The notes: generated from the letters alone by a model not told the origin. A DNA stretch of 64,000 nucleotides from Balanoglossus misakiensis (GCA_040954595.2 CM082591.2:3643957-3707956); one strand, 5' to 3'. Shown: positions 14,442 to 34,366, counted from the stretch's first letter. Numbers and translations are program-made.

Positions 14442-14579
14442 AGGGACATTAGCTGTAACTTTCCACTTTATTTTCAGTATTTTTGTTCTGTGATTCAGAA
14501 TATTAAGCAATAAATTGCATGAAATACACAAAACAAAAATAATAAAAACACAGCGAAATGTTACAGCTAATGGAGAGCT
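14442..14579. mobile_element. TTAA-targeting (Kolobok-like) MITE in the probable Suv4-20 3' UTR
   Basis: TIRs AGGGACATTAGCTGTAAC / GTTACAGCTAATGGAGAGCT; related to 49124-49287. Confidence 0.65.
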
Positions 14580-15898
14580 TTAATCTCTGCCTACCGTTAT
14601 GGAGACCTATCTTAATCTTCATTACTACTGAACTACATGACAGGACCACTAATTTCTACATGGATTTTTTAAAACCAGAAAACAATTCAGACTGATTAAC
14701 ATTTGCAATGTCTACAGAATCTATCATGAGTTTTCGTTCTCATTGAGTACAAAAAACATATCTACATCAAAGTATGGCAGATACTTAAAGTCACGGTTTA
14801 TCTATAAGTTTCTTGTTTTAGTTGTTGTTTTCTTGGGGTGGGCCTTTTGTTTAATAATGCACAGGCACACAGATGGGAAGTCCGTGATACAAGCAACCTT
14901 CACACTGGAGTATGTATAACAGCTGCAGTGAGCGAAACTCATCCTAAAAAAATCAAGCAGGGCTGAGCTGAGCATTAAGTGGGCTGAGGAGAGAATAGTC
15001 AACACACTGCCATACAGTTAAGGGGGCCTCCAATATACCTAACACATTGGCTGTAATGGTAAACTTATTTGCATATTATGATACCCCCTAGGCAACTTGC
15101 GAAATTGGTCATTCTCTCAGCAAGCCCACCATCCATCAGGTATGCATCAAGCAGTATTCTTGTCTTGAAATATGTACACACAATACTCTGAAACTGAACT
15201 AGAATATCAGAATCATTCTACATTCAAATGCGCAAAGTTGTCAGATGCAAAAATGTACTCAGTCTCTTGAATGAAATTAAGCTCTTGAAGTCAAATACAG
15301 ATGCGATCTCTTGCCATGAAATAACACACCCCACCTACCTCTATTGTAACTGTACTTATGTCTACATGAAACAATGTACTCCACATTTTAGGGATTGACA
15401 TCAATAACAGATTACAGCAAAACTTTGCACAACGCAAAGTATGAAAATAATTGGATTGGTTTTGCTTCATTAAAATGTGTCCAAGTTCTGCAAGCTTGGC
15501 CAAGCTGGAACGTTCATGCAATAACAGCATCATATCTGATTCAGAAAAAAGCATGGTCCCATGGGGACTTTGACCCAAGGCCTGCTCCCTTCACAATCAA
15601 GCATGGTCGGAGGGGCAGGTAGACATCACATACAACGACATGTTGGTATCCCCAAAGCCACTGGTAATTGATGCTTCAAGACTTTTCTCAGAATTACAAA
15701 GAATGGCAGTAGTTGAACAAAATTGGAGATAAATAGGCAATGATCGAGACTACCGAACAGTTCCAAGTGTAGGATTTTGTCTGGTGTTAATAATTCAGTG
15801 TCTCCGTATTACAGCACAGCTTTTGATTTGTTGGGGAGAGTGAATAAGACCACAAAGATCACACTTCTGATTCTGTAACATACTAATCACAAAGTCAT

Positions 15899-18800
15899 TC
15901 AGCTTTCCAAGCAAGAGTCATCATCCTCCGTGTTACATGTATCATCACTAGCTGTTTCCGCGCTGGCTTCCGGAATGGACCGCTCGAACCTGTCGTCACC
16001 AAACTTCATTTTGAGTTTTTTGGGCAGACAGAACCTGTACTGACCGTCAGTCTTTTTCTGAGACTGCGGTGAACGCTCTCTGGCCGGGCTGCGAGTTTCG
16101 TCCTGCCTGGGTTTGTGATCCTCGGGTGAGGAAGGGCAGTCACTGGACTCGGTTTGCGAACTAGTCGTCGGTGACGGAGATGTCGGGGGAGACTGTTGCG
16201 ACAGGACGTCCATCAGCCTCTGACGGGTGTGGTTGATCTGATCGGTGTTCTGGTACGACGGGTTCTGCGGGTTCTCGTACATGTCCCTCAGCTGGGACAA
16301 CCTGGGCGCCATGCAGTACGTCGCCGTGGTCTTCTTCTTCTTCTTCTTGGGCGTCGCTTTCCGTTTCCCTCTCCGGGGCGACGTGCGCGACTGCTGCTGC
16401 TCCGGGAGGTCTCTGCTTTTCCAGTTGGTGACTCCGGGGGTCGGGATGATCCGTTTCCGGGTCACCCGGTCAGTTTTTTGCCCGGCTGACTTATTCGCAC
16501 GTCTCTGCTTTTTCCTCCACAATTGTGACGGGTTGTGGTGGTTCTTTTCTTGTGCCTGTTCATCTGTTCTGCACTCACGGATAATCTGCTCATCATCATC
16601 ATTGTCGTCGTCATCACTGACTTCCGTCCACACTTCAGAACACAAACTGACAATGGCTTCGTAGTCTGAACTGGTGCAACTCTGCTTCTGCGATGGCCAC
16701 CGTCCCCCGCGACTACCGGGAACGGGACTGTCTGACTGCGCATCTTCTTGTCCAAGCTGTAACTTCGCGCTGTCCACAACGGGTGACCTCTTTCCGTCTT
16801 TTCTCCTGTCAACGATATTGAAACACGACCGCTTGGGAACCGGCGCGACCTTCCCATCGATGGTGGTGACGATGTCGATGTCATCAGGGCTTAAATCCCA
16901 GTCTCTGGCGCCCGTTGCTTTCACTTGCCGGCACATCTCGGAGTAAGACAGCTTCGTTTCCCCGCGCTGATAACAAAGGGGAGAATACTGCACATTCTCC
17001 TCTCCACACAATGCACTCGACGCGCTGCTCATACTAGAATTGTCTGACGTAGCACTGACCGGACCCGGCCTGGTCGTGAGATCTGGACACTTGTTGCAGT
17101 CCTTGAGAATGGAGCCGACCTGACAGGCATACTCCATCAACTTCGCCTTGTCCACAACCGGCGCATACCGCCTATCTCTTCCCCCATTGCGATTTTCTGG
17201 AACATAGAAATACGACAATTTGGGGATGGGTACGATCCTCCCGCCTATAGTCGTGATGTTGATATCATCGGTACTAATGTTAAGTCTCTTTGCGGTGATT
17301 TCTTTCAATTGCCTGCGTGCGTTCGAGTAAGACTGCCAGTTCCCCCTATGTGGACTGTTGCACGTGATGTCCGGGTAAAGTAGCGAGTCCCTTTCTTGGT
17401 GGCTCCATGATTTCTCATAGCTCAGTAGATGCCGTGTCATATCCGCGAAAAAAGTGTCCTCACTTTGACACACATCAGACTTCTGGGCATAACTGCTGAG
17501 AACCTTGGCTTTATCGGCCACGGGTCCTTGCTTGCTACCGCCGCGCTCCGCGGGTTGGTCGTCGGGGATACCGAAAAATGTCGGCTTCGGAAGAGGCATT
17601 TCCCGTTCCGAGATCCCGAGGCTGGCGAAATCGTTCGTCGCTTCGTACTCGCTCTCGTCGGAGGTTTCTCGCGCGGAATTTCCCGCGCAGAAGTCGGAGT
17701 CCTTCAACGGACCCAAATCCGGCAGCTCCTGTAGGCTGGAGGAGTTGACGGACTCGTCAACCGTGTCGCTGATCTCATTCTGAATGTCCGACAAGGTGAT
17801 GAACCCACCTCCCCTGGGTTTGGTCTTCTTCCTGTAGTCGCACACATCCAGGAGATCAGCTTGCGGTGACTTTTCAGAATTCATCGGTGACTGAATTTCT
17901 TCTTCGCTAGTCACTTTACTGAAATCCGATTCCTCAGACGCTAAGAAGTCGGAGAGTTTAGGCAGCTTCGGACCGATGGGGCATTCAGAGTTAATAAGCT
18001 TATTGGCATCCACAATCCTGTTCTCTTCTTCACTGCTGCTGATGGGAGATTTCCCCTCGCTGTTGTTTTTCTTGAGTCTTATCGTTATCTTTGGTATTTT
18101 GTCTTCCCGCGCTATGAGCTCTGCGTCGTACCGTCGCTTCTTGGCGTTCTTCGACATGCTAACTTTGGAGAATTTCACTTTGTACGTACTTTCCTTGGGC
18201 AGCTTGATCTTCAACCGGCAGCACTTCACCGAGCTCCTCTTCCGGCCGTTCCGCCACTCGCTCGCGCAGTCGCGACCGCACACGCCCGGGTCCTTGTCCC
18301 GACACTTGCACGCCCTCGGCTTGTGCGACTTGATCTTGATCTTGATCCGCGTGTTCCTGTGCGGTTCCGTCTGGTAGGCCACCACGGGTGCCGTCATCGC
18401 TTCCGAAGAGTTGCCGGTGCGATCGAAACGGAACGAATCCCTCGAGATCGGCGCGCGCACCCCCATGCTGGGAAACTCCTCCCTGGCGACAAACGCACTC
18501 GTCGAATTCACCGCTGCCAAATAATCGCTATACACGTCGCTATACGAGTTACTCCTTCCATATTCAGTGTTGCCATAGTTACAGAAGTCTACCTCAGTCG
18601 GTATCTTGGCTATGCTTTCCTTCTTGACACAACACTCTGCTATACAATCCACACACTGACTCTCAGGAACGTCAGGCTCTTGCTTGATGTGCAGAGCTGA
18701 TCCCAGTTCGCTTTCGATGCTTGCAATTTTCTCCTCATAGTCACTGTCGGGGCTTTCTTTCTTGATGATCTCCGTCCCACTGCCCGGTTCTTGTTTGATA

Positions 18801-21800
18801 GCCTTCTCCGCATCGCTGACCAAGATGATGGTTTCGTTGTCCGATTCCACGGCCCGGCCGTCCTCGCTACCCAGCGGCTGCGCCTCATCCATGTTCAACT
18901 TCTTGCGGAAGACGTCGATGACCTCCCCCTCGGGACCGAGCTTCACCGTCTGCGAGGGGCTCAGCTTCTGCGGGGTGAGCACGATGTGGGGCTCCGAGAG
19001 GGAGTAGCCCTGCGCCTTGATCAGCTCGGCGTCGTACTTGGTCAGCTTGGGGTTTCTCTTCTTGCCGTAGCTCGACGCGTAGGACATCCCCCTGTTCCTG
19101 GCGCTGCTTTGGGTGTTGGTGCCTCGGCGGTGGCGGGTCCTGGTGCCAGAACCACTCTCAGAATGTCCTGAAATGAACGCAGACCACCAGAATTAGACAT
19201 GACAGAACACTGGTATTACACAAGTGAACAAATACGACAATGTGGGCACTAAATCAGCTTAGAATTCCCCAGAACAAGGCTGTATAATCATGACAAAATT
19301 GATCCTGGTATTAGACAAGCCAACAAATATGACAAAGAACAATGTGGGCACTAAATCAGCTTAGAATTCCCCTGAACAAGCTGTATAATCACGACAAAAT
19401 TGCACCTCTTTTGGCTGAAAGTTGACACTGTAATGATTGCTTACTTCTTCTAGTGCGACATCTTCCATTGCGCACCGAACCGTTGCTTTTCTTCTTTTCG
19501 CTTTCTCTCTTCATCCGAGACAGCCTGTTATCCGTTTCCCGTAACCTGTATGTCGTTTCGGTCAGTGCATCTTTTTCTGACGTTTCCTTCGGTGTGAAGG
19601 CTCCTGTCTGTCTTCTGCAAAGCGGGAAAGAAGGAAAATTTCTGTAGCTTGCAAGTTTTTGTGTGAGCTAGCAATTTTACCCTGGTGTTGTACGTGCACT
19701 GCGTTGACGTGTAATTCTTCATTTTTGTTTGGCTCCTAAGCAAAACATACAGACATACATCCATACATACAGACGCAACCGATCCCATAAGGTCCCATGG
19801 TACACACCAATGGGACCTAACAACACTTCTTACATAATTAGCTTCTGAAAACCAGGAGACAGATATTTCCTAATTGGTTTAATGCCGGACTCCTCTATGA
19901 CACTAACCAATCAGAAGAACCCACACACACACCTGTAGCTGACTGTGATAATTATCCTATACTACAAAGACATACATTGCCTACATACCTTTCACATGTC
20001 TCACATTCACAATAACAGTTGTCTTCTCCAAAGAATCCATCGCCATAGAAACAAGTGATTTCTTCTCCGGGTTGAATGTCTCGTAAAACCTGCACACATG
20101 CAGTGTCTCTGCCAGTTGACACAAACTGAAGGGAGAGAAACGTATGGTACCATAAACTGTGATATGTGATATGTCATCAGTAAAATATATCTGTGGGTAA
20201 GGCCAGTAGCCATTTCTCATTAACCCTAACGCTGTCGAGTCCGTAGCAGACCGCCCGATTTCCGGTGTGGGTAGAAGTCGGACGTTGGCGAGTGATGAAT
20301 GACCGAATCGGTATGGATCGATATGATTTACCGACCCGCTGGAGTCTCTAGGCGTTTGCGTGCGCTTCGCTATAACGTGTTGACTTTGAACTACCGTTTT
20401 GAGGGCAAAATCTGTTAGGACAGGAAAGTCTCGACAGGGTTATTTGCCTTGAACTACAAAGAGCACACTATCCTAAGAGGCACATTCCGCCGGTCATTCC
20501 CGACCCTGGGGAGACCGTTTTTTTGCGTCCGACAAAAACGTACTTGGCATCGATGCATTGTTTACTACAACAGACGGTTCCACAACGACATAGGGTATCG
20601 ACCTTTTCGATGGCCAGCGGTGTCGCACGCACTCGTGGATAGCACTGTTTGGGAAAGTGCGTTTTGGGATCGACTCGGGAAACATGACGAAATGGTGAAA
20701 TGGGGCCCGCAGAGCTTGCGGGATACCTATGACTGTGTCGGTACAACCCTGTGCCGTAAAAAATTTATAGCGTATTAACACCGTACTGAACGTCAGTTTG
20801 CCGAGCTAAGTAACCAACGTGTCGTTATCACAACGTCCGTGTGTGTCTCGTCTGAAGAAATGAGTCGTTATCACAACGTCCGTGTGTGTCTGGTCTGAAG
20901 AAATGAGTCGTTGTCGGGCGGCTGTAGAGTGGGACACTGTGCGCCAGTGTCTAGTCGTTCGCATTACGTGGCGAACTAACTCGTACCCTACGGGAAAGTG
21001 GCAGGGGAAGGGGTGCCCGAACACCCCTGGCGGTACACCCTGGGTCCCCTACTGACAACTAATGGTGTCGTCGTTGTGACGTGATATGGCGTGTGCTAAC
21101 GCACTAACTTTATTTTCGTAAAAGTAAGCCTCGAAACGACGTTGACAGACGCTCCCCTCCCAGGGGAACGAACCCGATGACCCACAACTTTTACCCGGTT
21201 AATTGTTGTTTGAGGTCCCGTCGACACGGGACTGTGCCAAACTTGAAGTCTAGCACGTTCAAAAGCAGCTAAAATGACCCTCCAAAAACCCGATTTTCAG
21301 GCAAAAACCCTGGTAATCCAGCGGGTGTAGAATGCCGGATTCTACATACACCGAAAAGGAGGCGGTCTCGTAACGACTCGGCAGCCCAACGGGTTTTGAC
21401 CCCCGGTAGCAAGAGGGTTAACAGTTCTGTGCACAGGCGTCTATTGGCAATTTCGTGGCAAACTGTGGCATGTATAACTAATCTAAATGTAACTTTGATC
21501 AGAAAGTATTGTGAGAATGCTCACCTTGCAATTTGGCCGGCAATCTGTAAGAGAAAGGATGGACCGTGTTATTGGTTAAGAATTTAGACTCGTAAAATGA
21601 AGTATTGAGCCTTTTTTCCACTTTAATTTTATCATCTTTGCATGGCTCAAATATAGATTCTGGTGTATTTGGGTTCAGTATGGCAGTTTGAGCCACGACA
21701 CAACTGCACCAAATCTTACCGTGATTGATATAGGAGGCCGGTCCCAGCCACAGCTGTGCACAGTTCTTCCTGGTGGAGTACATGACGCTGAAATCATTCT

Positions 21801-23018
21801 CTCCGTGACGTAGCAGCTGGTTTTCCTCCATTGGAGTCAGCTCCGCGATGCATCCCACAAGAAGCGAGATCTTCTCGTTTCTTGTCCTGGAAGAAGAAAT
21901 TCCAAACACACAGTGAGTCATCACATGTGATATTTTATCCAACTGAACGATAGCATTGGTTAAACTTAAAATTAACAAATTGGTTACTATTGCCAAAAAA
22001 CACTTACCATTCCTTTGTGCTGACAATTTTAGCCCCTTCACCTTCCAGAGAATACCGATGACAAGATTTGATTTCTACGCCCGCTTCATCCGAGAACATC
22101 AATAGATACCTAAATACCTGTTGAAATAAATCAAGTAATATAGATACGTCATGTTTATATGTCTAACATGCTACTTTTTAATATCAAACAAATTTTAAGT
22201 TGATTTATTGTAATCAGCTTTGAAGGAGATGTATCGGTCCTCACAGCCACAAACCCACATTTAGATTACTTAACAAATATCGCAGTATGTGTTATTACTC
22301 ACATGTTCTCTGAATGTGTTCTGTTGGCTCCTTGATTTGTTCATAAAGTACAACCGGTACCAATCTCCCGAAGTCAGCGACTTGAAGGTGGTCTCCAGGG
22401 AAGTTCTCCTCTTGACGTACTTGTCAATGGCTTCCTTCAGTTGTTCTGTTTTAGCAGTAGCCGGACGGAATCTGAAGCGATCAAACAGGCTAAAATGTTA
22501 AAACCCCTTATCCTGTCAACCCTTTCACCACCATGGTTCAGTCCAAATCCATTGTTCTCTATGGTAAGGTTGGACCTCCAAAGAGGGAACTGGGGGTGAA
22601 AGGGTTAAACTGGTTTCATTTCCAAGGGGGCCTAAGCCTGAAATTATGGCACCAAGATCTGTTAACCTGCTAAGTGTTTGTTCCTTAAGTCGGGCTTATA
22701 GAAGAACACACAGCCAAACCAGTGAGATTTAGTGCATATTGGGGGGTTCAAACCGCCAAACATCAAAGACCTCACTATCAAATGCAATGATCACCGATTG
22801 TAATTTGGTATGGTCAATTTTCAAGACCGTTATACAGGGAAATAGGTGCGAAAGGGTTAAAAAGACTCCTACCTGGTATTCATTTTATGAGATGTGAATC
22901 CAAGATACGGATCAACCACCAGACTTGTAGCCAAGTCGTCATTTTCACACAGCTCCTTGGATGTCATTCCTGTACTTGGCGCAAAGCGTGTTGATCCCTG
23001 AAAAGTTTCAATCACCAT
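15899..23018 (-). CDS. KMT5B: Histone H4K20 methyltransferase Suv4-20 (KMT5B/C) with a ~1090 aa terminal exon
   Basis: MVIETF...[31 protein letters not shown] (exon ending 22873). SET-domain exons encode [39 protein letters not shown]|DCRPNCK|[46 protein letters not shown]. The [10 protein letters not shown] exon (~19445-19617) splices in phase to last exon 15899-19167, which contains YDAELI...IPKITIR. Non-coding first exon has its donor at 23923. Confidence 0.95.
19211..19402. repeat. ~95-100 bp tandem duplication in a Suv4-20 intron
   Basis: Two copies of CTGGTATTA.ACAAG...ACAATGTGGGCACTAAATCAGCTTAGAATTCCCC.GAACAAG.CTGTATAATCA.GACAAAATTG. Confidence 0.85.
19651..19821 (-). mobile_element. 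Helentron/DINE-like repeat, copy 3
   Basis: AGGTCCCATGGTACACACCAATGGGACCT hairpin, CATAC microsatellite and GCAAGTTTTTG block shared with copy 1. Confidence 0.55.
20224..21417. mobile_element. 1.19 kb non-autonomous piggyBac-like element in a Suv4-20 intron
   Basis: TTAA at 20220-23 and 21418-21; CCCT...AGGG termini; asymmetric subterminal inverted repeat (GCTGTCGAGTCCGTAGCAGACCGCC vs reverse-complement GCTGCCGAGTCGTTACGAGACCGCC); markedly CpG-rich relative to its flanks; internal 43-bp tandem pair at 20821-20906. Confidence 0.8.
22520..22604. mobile_element. ~85 bp piggyBac-type MITE, copy 2
   Basis: TCAA-CCCTTTCACC...GGTGAAAGGG-TTAA. Confidence 0.8.
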
Positions 23019-23923
23019 GTTGATAACACAACCTGGAACAGAATAAACAAAGATTACTTTATTCAAAATATTGATGTGTGAAGGATATTTTGAGACTACA
23101 TCATCAGTAGAGAAAATCTCTACCATTGCACCTTGTTAGTTATCTATACACATCACAAGAAGGTAATCACAGTATTCACTACACTGTACAGTGCAGTGAA
23201 ACTTACAACACAGTGTGGTGTAGATTTCATAATGGACAACTGTCACATTTGCATACCGAGCGATAAGATCACAAGAAAAGCGACATATCAAACATTAGCA
23301 GACAATCGCGTATCGTTGACGCACACACGTCTGTCCTTTGTAAGGTTTCTCATGAATATTTAACAGCTTCGATTTGAAAAGAATCCCTGGCAAAGTCCCC
23401 GTGCAAAGTGACGTCTGCACCTGTCTATATTGTGTATAATTTGTAACGGTAATCACCTTGAGAAAATTACCGATCCGTTCCACAGGGAACGATCGAAAGA
23501 CACAGCGTTTACGTCCGGGTTTTGAAACATTCGCTACGTTGCTTTTTTTACACTGGGTTTATTTCCAAGATAACCTTTGAACCACACACGTAAATACGGA
23601 AATTGATGAAAACGGACGCGCGCGCCCTCGTCAGAGACTCCCTAGCATCACAGAAATTTCCTTACGGAAAACAGGAAAACTTTAAATATTGAAGAAAAAA
23701 ATGCAGCCCACGAATAGTGAGACCACTTGCAATTATTTCTTTCACTTGGCCAGGTCCATTGATGCATTTTAAACAAACATGCTTACTTTTTCCACAAAAA
23801 TATAACGTACGGCTGGAGTCGAGTGATTTCAAAATTATAATATTCGCGATAGCACACGAACGCAGTCAGACAACGTTCGGAAAAATCTGAATCGAAGGGG
23901 CAAGGGCCCTCAGATAAACTTAC

Positions 23924-24300
23924 CTGTTCGTGTACTTGATGGAGTTGATCAAGGGAAATAAATCCTGTCCAATATTGGCAGGTACACGCTATTCCAACTC
24001 CAAAATATCACTTTTTATATGAGTCAGCCAGTCAGACGTCTCAGCCATTATTCGACATACTAAGGCCGAAATCCAATATGGCTGGCCGGCTAACCGTTGC
24101 ACATCTGCGGAAGAAAAGTAGTTCCAATAAAGACGCGAATATTGTTTATTTACACTAAATATTTACAGTGGCGTTCTTTCATATCTCACATATCATTAAA
24201 AGAAATCTTCTTATCCAAGTGTAGATATTTACAGTTTTAGTTGGAGAAGGCCTGTGTATGTATCTTGCAGCGGATGTATACCTAGGTGAAATTCAGCCGC
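23924..24300. promoter_or_regulatory. Probable bidirectional promoter and 5' leader region of Suv4-20 (-) and the CYTH gene (+)
   Basis: Head-to-head genes; Suv4-20 leader exon with GTAAGT donor at 23923; YY1-like ATGGC motifs on both strands (24044-24052, 24075-24083). Confidence 0.5.
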
Positions 24301-24760
24301 ATAACACACTGGAACTTAATTTCCCGTCATGCACTGTTTGGAGGTATATTTAATATTTCGAGAAAACCTATATTGATCAGTTTGCAACCAAGAAGATAAG
24401 TGAATTGATGTGAAACTTATAGTCCGAGGTAATGCAATTTCTATCTACGCCATGAACTCATTTAAAAGCCCCTAAAGATGATTGAATTTTTTGCTGCATA
24501 TAATAGCTATTTATTTTTAAAAAATGAACTAATTTAATAATTATATTTTTATACTTTTTTTGCAAAATATATATTATTACATGAATCACTTATTTTTCAG
24601 ATGATCAGTTATTTTTTTCATTTAAAGTTTTGCCTAATAACATATGTATTGAGGAAGACCGGATGTATATGGTTTGAAGGTGTATGATACACATTCTACA
24701 ACTTACAAGCTAAACTAATAGTTTTTTTTTCTACAAGCTAAACTTATTGTTGTTTTTAGG

Positions 24761-26135
24761 ATGTCACTTGTTGAAATAAAGGCCAGAGCGAGGAACGTGA
24801 CTTATCTTCATCAGGTAGCATCACAACTGAGTGACAGTGATGGGGAAATTCTCAAGCAAGAAGACACTTTCTTCAAATGTGAAAACGGGAGATTAAAATT
24901 GCGGGTGTTCAAAGTAAGCAACAAATTGTAAATCTGGAGATTACAATTTGTTTACAATTTCTAGTTTTGCATTTCATTTTCAACTCACTGACTTTGACCA
25001 ATTTCAAAGGGTTGAATTTCCTGTGACAATATTTAACCAAATAATCATTTGTTAAACATGAACATAGAGCAAGTGAAAGTGACATCAGTCAATTAAACAA
25101 TGTGATTAGTACAGTCAATTAAACAATATGATTAGTACAGTCAATTAAACAATGTGATTAGTACATAACTGTTTTTAATATTTTGTCTTGTATTTTGTTT
25201 TTGTTTTGTTCACCAGAATATAGATGATACTGCACAGTTAATTTCTTATCAGAGAGCCGATTTACTAGGGCCTAAATGTTCTAAATATCAAGTTGCATAT
25301 ATAACAAATCCAGACGAACTCAAGGTAAATGGTCGTGATCAATTTTTTTATTTATGATCTATCTTTAAGGTGCTCCAATTTTGGCATTATTTGAATTGAT
25401 AAAACGTTTTTATCTTCTCTCAATCCTTATGTCATAATTTTGAATTTGTGGAGATTTTACTACACATGTGTGCATACCATGATAGTTGTGTACTCCTGCA
25501 ATGACAAGCTAAATTAAAGGGTTGGGCACCCATTTATTATCTATACCTTGTTCATATTTAAATGTACAGCCATAAACAGAGTTTGATAATACGTATATGA
25601 GTACCCATCAGTATGTTCATTTAAAGGAACCGTTATAAATATTAAAGTAAAGTCATGAAAATAATGCAAAAATTGACAGCTATTGGTGCTTTAACACTCA
25701 CATGTGAGTTCTTTGACCTTTGCAGATTGTTCTAGGGAAGTCAATGGGCATTATTGGTGTTGTTAGGAAGACCAGGAGACTATACATCGTTGGACAGACC
25801 AGGGTACACGTAGATGAAGTGGAAGGTCTTGGAGACTTCATGGAACTAGAGGTGGCTATATTTAACATTAAAGCTCCAGACTGAAATTTTCTGTGACTTT
25901 TATATGTGGACAGTTTTAAAATGCAGCAAAAGCCTAGTCGTTTTTCGTTACCACGAATATCAACTTTGCTGTCTTTTTTTTTCATTTGCAGGTTGTTATG
26001 AGACCAGGTCAAAGTAGTGAAGAAGGTCAGAAAATTGCCAATGATTTGATGGACAAGTTTGGTGTGCAACAAGACGATTTGATACGTGGTGCTTATATGG
26101 ATATGATACTGCAAACAGACGGAAAAACAAACTGA
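24761..26135 (+). CDS. CYTH-domain protein, class IV adenylyl cyclase (CyaB)-like, 176 aa, 4 coding exons; not evident from the ORF track
   Basis: Exons 24761-24913, 25217-25324, 25726-25851, 25992-26135, all phase 0 GT-AG. Protein: MSLVEIKAR...QEDTFF...GRLKLR...LISYQR...GPKCSKY...GVVRKTRRLYIVGQTRVHVDEVEGLGDFMELEVV...GAYMDMI. Confidence 0.9.
25087..25165. repeat. 3 x 26 bp minisatellite
   Basis: AGTCAATTAAACAAT(G/A)TGATTAGTAC repeated three times. Confidence 0.9.
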
Positions 26136-27005
26136 ATATTTATCAGATTGTTTGTAACTTTCTTGGCAGTCGTAATAAAACTCTAACCAGACAGTGGTTT
26201 CTGGGTGCATGCAAGTTATGAGTGATTGTGAATTTCTCAATGTGGCATACCGGTATACCCCCCCCCCCCCCTTTTCCCATTGTTGCAAGCCATGGACCTA
26301 TAATAAAAGCAACCAATGCGAAAATTCAACTGAGCCAATCAGAAAAGGCCTCTCATGATGACAATAATAGTAAACATATGCTGTACAGAAAATGTATTTT
26401 GAAACAAACAGAAACATCTCTCCACTAAAATGACACAGATAGAAACTATTGTCACAATCTAAAAGCACATGGTAATTCATTATAATATGAAAAGGCATCA
26501 GAATTTCACATCGGGAAATTTCCATACTAGTAGTCCTACATTCTTTGTCCTGTACGGTACACTTTCTAAGATTTACCATATGCCTACATGCGTTGATATT
26601 TATAGTCGGCAGATTGTTGCCATTCTATACAAGCCAGTAATAGATTCAAATCGATTGGATTCCTGGTGGTTCCTAATTCAGAATCGCATAGCTCTGCAGG
26701 ATAGAAATATGTAAATTGCAAATTATTACCAAAAAATTTTGCATGAAATCCATGTTCATATCAGTATTCACAACTTCACATAGGCATAAAAAACTTTCTT
26801 TTTCCTGATTTTATTTTAAAGGCACTACATATCAAAAGGAAACTGACCATTAAATGACTGAAGAGAAACTAAATCATTCCAGATTTGGTTCAGTCATAGT
26901 GTTACTGGGTCCACAATGCTCAAAATCACATACATGATACACTCACAGTCCGGGACAGTGATACATGTAACAATTATTGTTGCAGAGATTGATAGTTTTG
27001 TGTGA

Positions 27006-34336
<7,331 letters not shown>

Positions 34337-34366
34337 CTTGTAGTTCAAAAAAAAAATAATGATTAA

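Noticed and set aside
16196-19171. Numerous plus-strand ORFs over the Suv4-20 last exon (also over the TRIM, MCM9 and Trp-rich exons)
   Set aside because: Antisense or alternative-frame shadows of GC-rich coding exons.
20220-20230. TAACCCTAAC resembling a telomeric repeat
   Set aside because: Under two units long and explained by the TTAA + CCCT piggyBac-type end.
20495-20560. Tudor-like [20 protein letters not shown] similarity
   Set aside because: Requires a frameshift, and the match is too short to support.
20330-21330. Odd dinucleotide texture (ACG/CGT-rich) suggesting reversed or foreign sequence
   Set aside because: Bounded by coherent TTAA/TIR ends; the simpler explanation is a young CpG-retaining transposon.
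25087-25165. Short direct repeats as a possible CRISPR-like array
   Set aside because: Head-to-tail with no spacers; an ordinary intronic minisatellite. No CRISPR array seen anywhere in the window.
25698-26288. 196 aa minus-strand ORF
   Set aside because: Antisense shadow of CYTH exons 3-4 and intron.
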